Assembly (NCBI GenBank): GCA_040954595.2
Contig: CM082595.2
Span: 6,810,193-6,874,192, forward strand
DNA from: Balanoglossus misakiensis
Lineage: Eukaryota; Animalia; Hemichordata
Length of the DNA: 64,000 nt
Direction of reading: 5' to 3'
A model generated the notes under the pieces. That model did not search any database, had not been told where the DNA came from, and saw nothing but the letters and a program-made list of their open reading frames with translations. Shown one piece after another: positions 1 to 16,834 of the stretch (position 1 is its first letter; the number at the start of each line of letters is the position of its first letter). Made by a program: the position numbers and the translations under genes.

Positions 1-1914
<1,914 letters not shown>

Positions 1915-4440
1915 AAGCAACAACCATTTAAGCACATGCATAATAGTCCCAAGATGAAAAGTTGCTGTCAGAATGGTATCAAAATGTTCACCATTTGTTT
2001 AATCACAGATTAAAACTCCACATTTTCAATTTCAAGTACATGTATTAGTGTTTACAAGACATGCTAAAGTATTAGTTAAAATCAAAATATATATTGCATT
2101 TATATAGTGTTGCCATATGTATAAAAAATAATTAAAATTACAAAGTGTTTGTTTTCCAATTCTATTCAATATTACTTAATTCATTCCAAAACTGGGCTAT
2201 ATTTTTTCCAGACCTGTAACACGTGACAGGGTATGAAAGCGTTATGTTGTTTTACAGGGTGACTATTTTAAGTCCTTAAAGCGTGAATCAAGAGATTATC
2301 ATTATTAATACCATTACAAAGTGTTTGTTTTTCATTTCTATTCAATGTCAATGCAATGTGTCTAGCAACATTTGACGTAATATTCTGTGATGACAATATT
2401 AGCATTTTTAAGTATCCCAGTAATGAAATTTGATTACATACAACGAATGTATATTGGTCCCTTCGGCTTTTTTTTAATGAAATTTGATTATACACATAGC
2501 AAATATATATTTCTCCCTTTTCTTTTTTAATAGCAAACCACGTTGATCAAAATAAAGTAGTTAACGGTTTCATTGTTTTTTGTGTTTCTGTATGGTCATA
2601 AATATTGCATATTTTATATGACAAGCCTCGTGTCTATGTGTTTGTATTAAGACCTACTAATCGATACATGGTCTAGTTGTACATCCATGCGCACATGTCC
2701 ATGTTTCTCAGTATGTTCCCCTGCCCCATTCCCACCGCTGGCTACGCTACGCTAAAGGGAAATGGGTGAGGTATGGACTGATCTTGGCCAAAATCCTGGC
2801 CCGCATATTATAATGAAACAAAGACCACGTGATCATAAACAAGATGGATGGCTCCAATATCCGTACGCCAATGAGAGCCATGTTTACAAAAGCCCGTGCT
2901 TGACCTACACGTTTCTCACAAACGGACACAGCGACCGTTTCCAGATAGCCACCTGGTTGCGCATACAGTGCTAATGGCAACCACGTTTTACCCATCTAGA
3001 TCTGATGCTGCAAGTCCTCCGGAAATTTCAACAGTACACGATTCAGTACAACGCCCTCTAAGCCCCAATTGTCCTGAGCCCAAACTCAAATGGCATTCAA
3101 AATACCGGAGACTAATCATGCAGTAATAAAGGTAATTGACTTTAATAAGCGATACGGGCAGGACTCAAAACTTCGTGTTTTTAACAACCGTTTGGGGAGA
3201 TTTCAAAATACCTTAAAAATACACACGCATGTACACATTTGTGAAAATCTCGTATTGTTTTATAAGACACAAATTATTTCATTTATTGTATCAGAAAATT
3301 ATTATAAAAGCCTTAACATTCTATATTAATGCGAATTCTGATATATATGTACATGGATTGAGGCCATGAATGATTAATTGAAATTATGTAATTAATATTT
3401 CATCCCGATCTGAATAATTCATAATAATTGTGGTAACACGATCCTCCAACAAGAGACGACCACGGGAATTATTTTAAAAGGACAAAAATTAAACAGATAG
3501 AATTTCTATATCAATCATCACGTACACAAGAACCAAGCCTCTTACAAAACGAACAGCTTTATCGCTAGGATCCTTGACAAGGCGATGCTTTTGTGGAGTT
3601 CCTCATGAGATTACGGTGTGTTATGTTTTCTTGTCTTATATGTAATATTTGTTTCTGTCTTAATACTGCTTCTTTTACATACAGCCGGCGAAACGTATAC
3701 CTTTTCACTCACGAGGAAAATGTCGTCATGCTAGCTTGCATAATGAAGTGCTTTTCTAAAAAATCACCGGAACTTGAGTAATTTTCCAAAAATGGAACAC
3801 CCAAAGTGGATTTGTATTTTTCTTATGCTGGTTTGACCTCACACAACCATGAAAATTAACAATTAACCTTGACATTTACCTAGATGGTTAACATTTACAC
3901 AGATGACCTCAATGGAAAGCAATTATATTATTGGTTAGTTCTGAGGCACAGTAGCCCCGAGATGAAAAACTAGGGTCCCTCCATGTCAGTATTTTAGTTC
4001 TCTTATTTTTTTAATTCAAAATACGTAGACTATGCTCTCAATGTATAACTGCAGCCTCCTTTCCGGGCGATCTCAAAGGTCTGACTAGACTTTGAAATAT
4101 AAAGCAGGATTAGTGGACAATCCAACCTGATACATGTTTTTTGTTCTCGAAAAAAAGGCTTTTTGACTTAAACAAATTAAGCAATTTGGTATGTTTTGTA
4201 CCAAAGAATTGAATTAGTATCACCAGTCGTCAGTACACCCTCCCAGCTGGACGATTATCACTAAATTAAGCGCAGACGACGAAATGTATCGAGTCTTTTT
4301 ACACGGAGTTAAGGAGTCTAGAGGGCGAACCTTGAAGGTGGAGTCAAGATTCATCGCGTATAATCATATTCAATTGTAAATGAATGACTTACTCGTATTC
4401 GTTTACACAGGGGAATTTAATAGTTTATACACTGTATTGG

Positions 4441-4665
4441 GCAGCCGTGAGTGGCGTCGGCATAGAACGGTCGTCTCGGAGGCTGCCGCAAAATTTTCCC
4501 GCCTTCACCGACAGTTTTCCCTTTTTTTCAAATGAGATGACAGTCGGGTTGCCGTGAAAAGTGGCTAGACACCGTCGAGGAGATATTTAGACCGAGAAAT
4601 TCTACATCGGTGGACGTCTTGTCTGGGAGGAGACGGAAGAGCTGAAGGAATCCGGTCAGGTGAGA
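4441..4665 (+). other. Possible non-coding first exon of the SLC7A14-like gene
   Basis: CpG-rich stretch ending in a good donor CAG|GTGAGA at 4659/4660. The ATG-containing exon downstream starts at an acceptor (ttcgcag, 16626), so an upstream UTR exon is expected. The link between them is inference. Confidence 0.3.
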
Positions 4666-7600
4666 ATGAGAACTATAGTCTTGATACCTTTTTTTGCATT
4701 TCAGCAGTGTCTGTCAAGACCGCGTCACGTCACCAGCTTCGCAGGCATCTTGAGCAACGCGTTACGCGCGATGGCTTACAGTTCAGTGGCAGTGTTTCTA
4801 CAAACGCGAGATTCGTGGCAGTGTGCGAGAAGTGCCGCGTTTTATCGCCAAATAATTTGTCGTCTTGGATCCAGAAAACGCCGCCGAGAATTCGGCGTAC
4901 CTAAATACATAAAACCGCCCAAATGTATTCTTCATTTTGAACAATAATTTATCTTCTTTAACCTGGGAACCAATTTCAGTTGTGAAAACGATTTCAAATA
5001 CCTTTAATATCTGAATACGCCATTTCGAGAAAAATGTAATATTTAATACATGAAAGTAGTGAGAATTTTATTTTTATTTCATTTCGAAGAAACTGGTTTC
5101 GTAAATCTCAAGTCAATCGATTTTTGCAGCTAAAACTACTCGAAAGTAAATATTGGTGTATGTGTTTTGCTATTTTAACTGTCCCTTCGTTATAGAGTGT
5201 AGGCCTATATAAAATCCAACTTATGTATCTGTCGCAAACTCGTTGTAAAATGCATTCTGAAAATATAATTGCCATCTTACGACCAAAGCATTCTAATTGT
5301 CTATGCAAACACATTTGAGCAGCTGAATGAATCCTCGGCCTGAGAGAGTGACGTTTGCGGAAATGGATTAAACGGCGCGGAAGCAACGTCATGTTTATCA
5401 AGATCAAACTCTAATTTCATCGCTTCGAGCTCACCACAGCGCGGTCTCGTCGTTATTGTCGTCCCGCCGTGATTATTCATGCCGGCCATTCTATGAGAAA
5501 TCGATCAAACACAGCCGGATGCAATTCACTGCCCCGTTCGTTCATGACTGTGATTTTGTTTCTTTGATCGCCGATGGCCACAGTGACTTGCTCTCTCGTC
5601 CGTCAATAAATTTTAATATAAATTTGCGACATGATTTTAAATAAACCTTTGCGTTTTTGTCTTGAACGTTTACAGCTTGAAATGTCCCACGATAATACGA
5701 ATGCAAATTTTTCGTTATGAAAAATTAAATACAAATCAGTCGAAGGAGTCCGTGTAAACAAAATTAAATTATAAATTTTAATTAATAATTATTAGTCTGA
5801 GTATTGTATTAACCATATTGTATTATATTAACATTATGACTCAACCCGTTGCGTTTTAAAGGTAAATATTTAATAAATTCTTAATGTTTCTGTGAGGCCT
5901 CGATTTTGCTCAATTTTGGCGCGTTTTAACCTGAAAATAGACGACGCTTAATTTCTGAAAATATCAGAAAGAATCCTGGGGGCCTTAAAACAGTGAATTA
6001 GAATACCGAGTACGGTATGTACGGTTGCTTGTCCGAGATCACGGAAATTAAATTTGACGGGAAAATTTAATCAAACTCGCCAACATAAACGCTTCGCTAA
6101 TCAGTTGGTTTCCGTGATGGGACGATAGTAATTGGGTTGCGTTAATCATGGGAAAGCGAGGCTGCTTGGATGTCCCCTTATCTCGCCCCAAATATGTAAC
6201 ACAGGCCACTTAACTTGCTGGAGGTATATTTGGTAATTAATACCAGCACTGCCATGCTATCTGCACCACGGTGAAATTCGTAGTGTTTGTTTCGCCATGT
6301 TTTTTACAGATGAAAGGATGAGAAATCTGCTTTTTCCATGACTATTATCAAAAATTCACCCGGATTTAGATCAAAATCCGAGAATAACAACAATTTTACG
6401 CATACACCAGAGCATTCCACGCAATTGCGACTTAACTGACAAAAAGACGATACAGTCTTTGTAATACGAAAACGTATCTTCCCATCGAACTGCACACATG
6501 AAGAAAGAAGGTGGGATGCTGCCTGAATTGAATTTTATTGTATAGTCCATCGTTTGCAATTAAGCCCGCATACCTGATATCCCGGTGTCATGGCAACGGC
6601 CAGATTACAAGATCGATACCTTTATCAAGATGAAGTGTCAGTCGCTGAACAACGGACTGTTTGCTCTTAATTTACTCTGCCCGGCGCGATGCGGCAAATG
6701 TGTGCGTTCGGTCGCCATGGCAACGCTCGAGTGGGCGGCTGCCCGGGTGTGTGGCAGCCTCGTGTTGACTGTTGACAGGGGGCAGTTTTTTACTTACACT
6801 TTTGGCACAGTGGCCCGTGACATCACCACTTCAGGGTCGGCATAGGCAGCGTGCAATTGACTGGCCGGTGGAAGTCAGTGAACTGCCGACTGTTTCACGT
6901 GCACGTGACAACGGATCGAGGCCGCCTGTTCGTCTGCTACTACTGACGAGTTATTCTCTCACATGTGTCACGCCAGTATGATGCGCACTCAAAATGTGTA
7001 AATCAACACACACGATTGGAAATACTTTGGGATAACAAGATGTAGAAAACAACCTGAAAATACCTTGAATCCGTAAAAAATAACTTTAATGTTATTGAAA
7101 AACAAGCAATTTGCAAAAAATATCAGTACACTTTCATTGAATTCTACTGATGTACACATATATGGATATCTTATAATCTCAAAATAATTCCAAGTGCGTT
7201 AACATTCAATCCGATTTCGATGGCGAAGCACTTGACATTCAAAGCACGAACACAGATTGAAGGAACGATATTGCCTCTCGTAGCGGATTATACTCTTTTC
7301 GCCGTAAATTTCAGGCAAACCATATACTTGGTCTAATTGCCTGTAAACACATTGATGGAGCGACTGCACCGTGTGTATACATTTTCATAATGAGCCATCG
7401 ATTTTATTGACTCAGCATGACCCGGCAAGTTAAAATTTGCTAATATTGTGACAGCTAATTAACAGACAATTACTTTCATTTTGGCGGGAGACACACGCGC
7501 ACTACAGATGAGCCGACAGATTTTGTCGTCGAGTTGACTTTGAATCGCAGAGTGTTCCCGTAATTTTCGGTCTCGCTGTTTTGAAGCCCCATTCACATTA

Positions 7601-9873
7601 TACGCCAATCACACCCCCACGGAAGCTATTTCCGCGAGAGTACGTGATGGGAGAGACGTGCGAGATTAGCTCCGCTGATGACGTCACGGCCCGATCATCG
7701 CGAACAGCACCTCCGAATACCCAACACGGCCACAAACGAGCCGCAGTCCCCATTACAATGCAAGCGTCTTCAATTCTTAGAGTAAATTAATCCAGACGTG
7801 CATTTTTTCTGCAGTTTGACACGTTTTTTCTCTCGGACAGACAAGGCGTGTAACAAAGCCAGCGCACAGTTGGCATGGCAACGGCTTTGTAATAATTCTA
7901 ACGACAAGGAAAGGCATGGTATTGAATTGTATAGTGAAATTTAAATTCTCCAAATGCGTCTTATTATTACCATGACATAGTTTAATAACAGTTTGTAAGC
8001 TTTGTGCGTTTGTTTAATGTTTGCTCCACAATGACGCAAGCTTGTGATCTGCCAACAGAGATGGCGTTTTTCGTGACATCACTAGATCTTCTTATATTTA
8101 AAGTGGGGCCTATATGAACACTTAAAATTAACACAAACATGACAGATACGGCTGAGTGCCCGCTTGCGTTCCACATCTTGTTAGATTATCAATTCTGATG
8201 ACGGTTAGTATCAGCGTTTCAAAAATGAACGTCGTTTCACACATATTTCAACCAAGACGTCTCTTTTGAACTGAAAAGTATTTCGAGTCATCTACTATGG
8301 CCCTATCACTCATCGCAGCTGTGATTACTTTACAGTCTTTAGTTTAATTTACATAACAGTCAAGGAAATAATCTGCGTAAAAACTTGTTTAGAAATTAAA
8401 AAAAAAATTCCCCTGAAATTCTCAGGCATTCCAGTGTCCAGTGCTAAGGATATTTCACAACGGCTTCTTTGAATTTTACCTGTTTCCTTATATGGAATAC
8501 ATCGGCGGAGTAATATAAATAGTTTATGTAAACCGGGGGCGGTGGTAATAATCAAGAAGACTCCGATACACTTTTACTGATCAAACGATTCCCTGAAGCG
8601 AATTGGAATGTCCCCATGCTCGACAGCACATCCATTCGGATGTGCGTTTAAAAATACTGTACAAGTGAAATGTCGGTCATTTGGACACTAGGGGTTACTC
8701 ATTTTTCTGTTGAATTCCCAGTCAGTCTACCTTTGCTCCAAGATCATAAGAATTAAAATAATGTAAAATTCCAAAAAAGTCGATTACATTTCAAAGGTAT
8801 TGCAAAACAAGACCCCAAAACGACCCAGAGTATGTTTTCCAGAAGTGACGATATTTCTCGCGTAAATCCCGCGATTGACGAGATTCTCGTGAATATTGTA
8901 TTTGCAGCAAACGTGTAAGATCAGATGTAAAACTGACGTATTCAAAGAGAGGAATATTGATCAAATTCTGAATGGTATCAAAACACATTCTTAAATATTC
9001 GATACACTAATGGTACAAATAAGCAAAGCACAGAAAAAATACAATGTGTGTGCATAGGTCAAATGGCACTGGCGATAGGACTTTGCTATCTCAGAATTTC
9101 CGCATCAAGAAGTAATCACAGGACAATATCGAATGACGGCAAAGAGTTTATCGTCTGCACAGTATACGTGCCCGAGAGGGGAGCCGACTGCCTCGTTCGG
9201 GGACAGATTTTCAGAGAGATGGAGATATTTCTTGAACTCAAACAAAACAAAAGCTAACAACACCCATGCCTAGCTTCAAAATTTCAAGATATGAATATTT
9301 GAATTCTTCAGTGAACTACCGAAACGGAAACAATTTTCCACTTTAACAATTTGTACATACAATGTACATTACAATACATTACCACATGACCGTTAAATAT
9401 TCATGTACTTAACATGTATTTTGATAATTCAAAGAAATGTTTGTAGTTGAGTTAAACATTCAATATACTAAAACACCAGTAATATGATTAATACCTCTGG
9501 TAGTCATCGTACCTTTTCCCCGACAATCAATTACATGTTTTGTTAATTTTCCGCAATGTATCAGCTGTCAAAGACGTAACAAAAATAGATTCAGTGTTTT
9601 ATTGAAAATATTCATAGTCTCGTCATTGGCGCGCCCCGCGCTATATCGCTTTCCCGCCATGACTACAAAATCATTCGATGACTACACAGACTGCTTTGAT
9701 TTCCCAGCCTACTAAAATGTCTCCCCGGTTACCAAGTCAACCGCCAATTATTGCCACTGTAATATCAGTTTCTTCTGCAATATTCGACGAGTGGTCGTAT
9801 ATTACGTTTAGAAACCTTTCCAGCACCCGGAGAAGAATCACTCAATTGATAGCTGTCGCCTGCGTGCTAGTCA

Positions 9874-10222
9874 AGAATCCAAACTCATGATTTATTTCCT
9901 TCGCTCACTCCACGCACAGTGTAGCATGTTGGTGTTCATTTTTTAAATTTTGCTACTTTTGCTATTTGCATGTCAAAGAACTCTAGCCATGGAAACTCTG
10001 TTCAATGATATTGCGCAACACCCCATCTCAATAATTCAGCCAATCATTAGTAGATCAGATTATAATTGACCTCTAAGATGTCATGAACATGATCACATGG
10101 TTAGTAATGACCTCAGTTGTCATGGATAGAGTCCTTTGACATGCAAATAGCAGAATTTTATAAATGAAGACCAAAATGTTAGACTGTGTGTTGAGTGAGT
10201 AAATACACCCGAGTCTGGATTC
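9874..10222. mobile_element. Degenerate fold-back/MITE-like element with ~110-bp imperfect inverted arms
   Basis: tgctatttgcatgtcaaagaactctagccatg (~9960-9991) is the imperfect reverse complement of catggatagagtcctttgacatgcaaatagca (~10121-10152). Complementarity extends outward to gaatccaaactc / gagtctggattc. Confidence 0.6.
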
Positions 10223-11556
10223 ATAACTTCCAAAATTAACTCATTGCTCTTGTGGTCAGTTAGCGAATAGCCTAAAGGGTAAGAATAATGACGAATTAGT
10301 TTTCTTGTTGATGGATTTCGAGAGACTGTTCTATGGTTAACTGCGAATGTGTGGACTGTCCACGGGCAATTTTTCTCATACCGAGGGAGTTTGTAAAGAT
10401 TCTTGAACTTTGAGGAAAATGCAAGCGGCTCTTTCTATTGATGAAGCAACGCGAAAGTATAATTCTAGTATGAGATTGACCCTTAATTGGGTGCCTGACC
10501 ATGGCCGAGTAAAAATGCCATTTCTCATACTGGAGGATGGAATCATCTTGGTAACAACTTATTTAGCCCAGGATCAGAGTGAACACACATGCCTAGAAGA
10601 TAATTATATAGAGGAAGTTTTAGTAGGATAATAAGATGGCAATTAGCGGTATGTACACACTCGACAGTGTCGCACATTGTCACAAATTGTCAAGTCAGCT
10701 GCTTTCGGGGGTGGGTGGGTGGACTCGATAACCCTTCATGGCATGATTGGCATCGTTGCTGCAGTAATTAATTGGCATCATCAGGTGGCCACAAGTCAGG
10801 CGAACAACAAGGCTATTGTATCCCGGGGCGAACAAAACGCAGTCCCAACCCACGGTCGAGGTTCAATCGTTGATTCGGAATCACCGACTGGAGGCAGTGA
10901 CACAAATTGGCTCTATCACCCGGAATCGAGATATTTCCACCGTGGAATGTGTGCTTGGGAATAGCGTTGGCACACCCACACGGGGGGCTAAACCCCCTTA
11001 TGCTCTCCGACCCGTTTGCGCTGGGTCTATGTAATATGTTGAAAAGATACACCACGGATAGTACACAAGCATATCTCTTTTCAATTATGTCAGTTTGAAT
11101 GACACGAGAGGACAAATCTATGAGTTGCTTTTACACGTGGACAAAGATTAGGGACAGAATGCCTATTCGATCAATTGTCCAGACTAGAATTAAATTGTCA
11201 ACAATAAAAAGACTACTTCTCTTATTTCTGTCTTCACAAGAACATTGTAACTTTAACTTGCAATAGGAAGAAGTGCACGAAACTATAGTTGATACACAGA
11301 GCACATAAATTAAAAATGTGCTAAAGTTCTAGCCAATGTCTATTTATCAGTTCTGACGCGCCGTTTGTTTCAATTTCATCAAAGTCACCAGAGAATGCCG
11401 AGACTCATGTGTCACTAAGACTTCTAAATTTTCTATCAATATTCCCAGCTTTATTAAAATATCAGCAGCTGTTAGACCGTAATGAAATATGAGTTCATTA
11501 GATGGAGTAAGGCTTGGCGTGTCCAGCAACCTACACACATAAAAATACATGTACAT

Positions 11557-11650
11557 TGTATGTATGTATGTATGTATGTATGTATGTATGTATGTATGTA
11601 TGTATGTATGTATGTATGTATGTATGTATGTATGTATGTATGTATGTATG
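11557..11650. repeat. (TGTA)n microsatellite
   Basis: About 23 perfect tetranucleotide units seen directly. Confidence 0.98.
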
Positions 11651-14600
11651 TGTGCATGCATGCAAACATACATGTACATTCTAGGAACATGTATTTATTA
11701 CATGTGCTAGACAGTGCGTTATTGGTAACGTTAACTCGTGTCAATTATTCTACACAAAGCTGCAGTTTATCATGCTTTCATAATCTCTGCGCTGCATCAG
11801 TGCTTGCAATAGAAATGTGTATATCGCGCCATAGTGTACTGAGAGATTTTCGCCTGTACAAATCACAAAAGACGGGAAACTAGAAACGTTACGGTCTTTT
11901 ATAATATTTTTTCTGGTAAATCTACGAGATTCACGCTGGTGTTTTGGCGCGGCGGAGAGCGGAAATCCGCGTCGAAGAAAACGCCGCGGCCCTCCTTTTA
12001 TGGGATGTCTACTACGCGCAGTCACCTTGGAAACACATTACCGTGTGGGCTAAGGATGGGTGAGATTGAACGCGTTACATGAATGAGAAGGCATTCATAA
12101 AACTGACACAAAATACAGCGAATCATAAGTAAGAGGCCCTCATATAGGGTGTGCTTTGACCGCGGAAATTGTGATTCCATGATAAGAATTTTCATCTAGG
12201 CAAAAATAAACTACATGTATAGTATTAGGATTTCATCGATGTTTGTAGCACTGAGAAAAAAGTCAAGAATAGTTTCATAAACGCCATGATGTCAAAGTGA
12301 CAAGGAAAAATACGTTGACCTTGAGGGCGCATTAATGCAGGGACACACGTGGTAATACAACGAGTTTAATTAATTTAACCAGGAGTTTTATCTGCTGAGA
12401 CTACAGGCAGCAAAAAACCTTCCAATCATCCTGCAGCCCCAGATCGTATTTGTCTTTCCAAACGCATACGGACGCACTATCAGTCGACCTCAGGTAATCC
12501 AAAGGCTTGGTTTGTACCGTCAAACACACGCTTGAGCTGAGGGATTACCTCAAGCAGAAAGATTGCTGCGTATACTCGGGTCAATTCGCCAATATTTCAC
12601 AAGACTTGTACTATAGAGGCCGGCCTGGGGACTTATCATAAAAAAAGCTACATTCGGAATTGTGTACACAATTCTCCCTACCTTAAATATGTCTTAAGCT
12701 ACCTAAGTGAGTGATGGAAATCTCATATGGTCGACACAATTTCAAGATGGCCGATTTTTGAAATGGGAGTTCATAAGCTAAATTGATGATGGGTCATTCT
12801 GAAACTTTTTAACAGAAAAAAATAAAATGTAAAAAGAGTTTAATATGGTAACTACAAAGACAGACATGTTTGACCAAAGGAAGTCATGAAATACACTAAA
12901 CATATCATTTCTTCTATCTCTTTATACTACAGTGGGTTGTCGACTTTTCACCCAGAATGCAACGTGATTGGACCCCCTAGCACAAAGTGAAAACCTATTT
13001 AAGGCAGTCAGAATTGAAGTACCTTGGCTAAGGTGTTCTCGTGTGTGGCAGGCTAAAACACGTAAACGAGACAGCTGGGTCACCACTTTCCAATTTTAGT
13101 GTTGACACAACTATGACTGACTCGGTGCGATCACTTGTATCTCCTCGTATTCGGCAAACATTACACTCAATTAGTGATGAATATATATAATCGTTATTAA
13201 AACCAAGGTTGTCAAATTCAAACCAGGCAAACACAGACTTAGTCATATGGACTTCAATAAAACCTGCAGAGCATTAATAATTTAGTGCCATAATTCTCTT
13301 CTATCAATAATTGGACCCCCTTTCCAGTGATGAATTGTCCTCAAAGATAAAATGTTTTTACATTGATTACTAGTCTCTGGAAGCATGTGATTACGACAGT
13401 TGGAGTATTTTTCATGTCCTGTCCAGCACAGCTCAATTTTGATTTGAATTTCTGAATTATCCAATTCAACATATAACATGATATATATCGTAAGCACTTT
13501 AAATAATATAATATATCCCCCTTCAATGATGAGATGGGCATGGCTTTAGCTATATTTATTTTGTTCATTGCAACTTACGAAAATGTTGAAGAGCGCCATA
13601 TAAGTTATGGCGACTGTCATGTCAGACGTTAGAGTGACGAAAGCACGTGGCTTGGCGAGACATCACGCATGGACGATAACGGTGAACTTAAATTACTGCT
13701 TTGCTTAAGTAATTGTGCATCTGACAGAAGATACCAAAAGGAAATGACAGAACTTCAACCCGTAATCGAGTATGTCTGGCTACTCGTCCCTATATATAAC
13801 TACCGTCTGAAAGCACCCAGTTAAGGACAGTTCCCCCAAATCAAAGAAACACGTAGAGACCATCATGGATTAAAGTAGCAGGAGTGATGCTGAAAAGCCC
13901 GTCTCCCTAGCAACAGATGCAATAAACCTTAATTTCTTAACCCAGCATTGCTTGACACAGCGAAAAATCAGACCAATTCACTTCATCCGCCAAATGCGCT
14001 TTGCCTGTCTGGACACCCTTAACCAATGGTTCCCATACGTCATTCCCATGACGTCACTGATCACCTGTTGTCGCTGTCGGTCAATGGAATATATTATCTG
14101 CCGATTACTGCAGCACTCAACGTTATCAAAGTTGTATTTAATGTTGCACTTCCGTCCATTTGATCAAACATCACGTCCTTATTGATCACATCAATCTTTC
14201 TCTTGCCATAATCTTTCTTTTAATAACATTTCCATTAATTTAAAGTATGTTAATTTCATTCGACAGACTGACCGGTTCAGTGAACTCCGAAAGGAGGTCA
14301 TACACGATGCAGACAAGCTTAATAGAAGGCAAGAAATTGCTGTCTTATACATGTACACGGAATAAAATACTAATGAGCTTTAGGGTCTAGGCCTAATTGA
14401 CATTTGCTTTAAGCCAGTAGACACTGCGGTAAAAATTCGACACTGTACATGTAAAGCTATAAACTTGCAACGGGCTCATCAATCGCTAGTTCGAACTTTG
14501 AAGATTTGAAACGAATGGCAGTTTGGATTTGCGAACATTAGCTAGCTGAATATACAAATTGTATAGCATTGCTTTTCCTATTGCATTCACCAATCACTTC

Positions 14601-16834
14601 GTGCCTCCCATCCCAACCAACCAATCATCTAGCATGTACCATATACACATGTATCTCCCTACGCTGAGGCTTTTCACGTCACAACCACTCATTTAAAGAA
14701 CACAACGCTTGGTAAATTAAAAATGCTGCCATTGGTTAAAATACTATCGGCTTTGACGTCATTCCAGACAGCAGGAATCACGTGACAGAAATGAGTCAAT
14801 GAGGCGTGGGTTGACACTTAATTACTGACGTGACATTCGCATTTAAGGTTGTAATCTTATCAGTTTCTACCATGACAAATGCTCTATATACGATACATTA
14901 ATCAATTCCTTTTCCTCGACAGTTACATTTTGTATTTGGACAGCATTTTGTTAACAAGTCTATAACCTTGTTCTGCCATTCAATGCTACAACTGTCCCGT
15001 TTCATGGCCACACCATGAAGAATGGTGATTTTTTAAAGCGCAATTGCGGCCATTTTTTATTCGTTTGTTTTTGATCACGCGATTTTTGACATATATGCAA
15101 TAGTTTGGGTTTAAAGGGAGCAAGTGTAGAGCCTATTGCATACGACTCTCTATAGAGGCAAGAAATTTCTGTACTCAGTAACTGTTAACAAACAATCACA
15201 TACAATGTGCTCCGGGCCCCTCCTTTAAAAACAAATATACCTCTATTTTTTAAATATATATTTTTACCAAGACGTCATTAAATGAATTGTGATTCATTTC
15301 CAGTTGTCAAATATAGGCATTTCCATGTAAACAATGTTGTAATTTCTTTCAACGTCAAAATGTAGTTACCATGCACACATCAGATGTAATGATACACTGT
15401 TTACTGAATAACTTATGATGGCTACATTATACGGCTATCTGACATCTTCAATCTGAGGTTTCAATACGCAGGCTGAATTTTTGTATCGGTTTGCAGCGGC
15501 TTCGCTTCACGGTAACCAACTGTAAAATCACGTTTTTAATCATCTCTGAAAGGTGACATTTTCGTTACGCCAGTCATTTTCCATGGTAACCTCGATTCAT
15601 CAAAGATAGCTGCCTTCCTCACCGGGTAATATTCAAAAAAGCGGCACGGAAACGGATGAACGTCATCAGAGAAGCTTTATATAGTCGAAGAGGACGTTGG
15701 ATTTTATCTCCTTTGAAAACGGAAAAATAAATTTACTAACCCTGTTGGCCAACATGACACTCAGGGAGTGATAACGATTCAACATTGTACCATTGAAGAA
15801 AAAAAATGGAATCAGCGTGCAAATTTTGAGCCACAGAAGCCAAACCGTTTTAAATTCAAAATGGCCGCCAGTCTGTGTTAACCCTATGCAGTGATTTTTA
15901 TGAAATCAAAACGGTGAACATCATTCATTACTATACAACCACATATCTTCTGCGCCCAAAGGTTTTGTGTACTTGCGTTTTTAACCTGGCGTCTAGAGCT
16001 ATTGTAAATTGATGACATATACAGTTTAAACTAATATACATTAGACTACATCGCTGCTATACTCTATTCACCATTATAATATACTAATGCAAACCCGTGT
16101 CTGTGTGCGATATCACATAGGGACACAGAATCAGCGCCACTGACTTGGTGTATTGTGTATTGTGACAGTTGTGTGGAGGAAACAGTGTGAGTTTGCTGAT
16201 ACTGTCAGCCCAGGCGCTTCAAATGCGTTGTACTGACAATATACATGTTTTGTAGATAACAATACTTACACATGTATTCACTTGAAACATGCGTTATAAG
16301 AAAAAAGAGAGCTTATGTTGATCTGGGTAGCATAAAACCTGCAGTTTTGTAATTGTTGGCCGATATAGGGCAGCGATATTTTCAATTTGCAGTTTGAGTG
16401 ATCTCCGTCATTTCCTGTAATCCCTTCAAAGTTGGGTGATTAGAAGATCACCGTGGCGATATTGGAAATATGTTTGCAAACTGGTTAATTAAGCGTTGCT
16501 ATGTCAACATATGTGGGAGTTGTCACGTGACGTAACCAATATTTGACGTGACATCGCTTAATATTTCAATACAAGTGAGGCACATTCACATTTGATGCTC
16601 ATCGCGTTCTCCTATTTCCTTCGCAGATCGCGGGTCACGGTGGCAGATTCGAGCACGAGCGCTGGAAGTCGACCCTTGAGGTCCATTCGCCAGTTGTGAC
16701 ATCTCACGTTTGCCGTAGGTTAGTGCACATGGTCGGGACATCTCGTCTACCATCGGCTACCTGACGATTTCTGGATTTTCCTTCTTTCTTCTGGTAGAGA
16801 AAAAAAAAGACCAGCCAGGTGGTACTTCGCAATC

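Noticed and set aside
11347-11883. ORFs with HTYI/MYVC repeats
   Set aside because: Translations of the (TGTA)n microsatellite.
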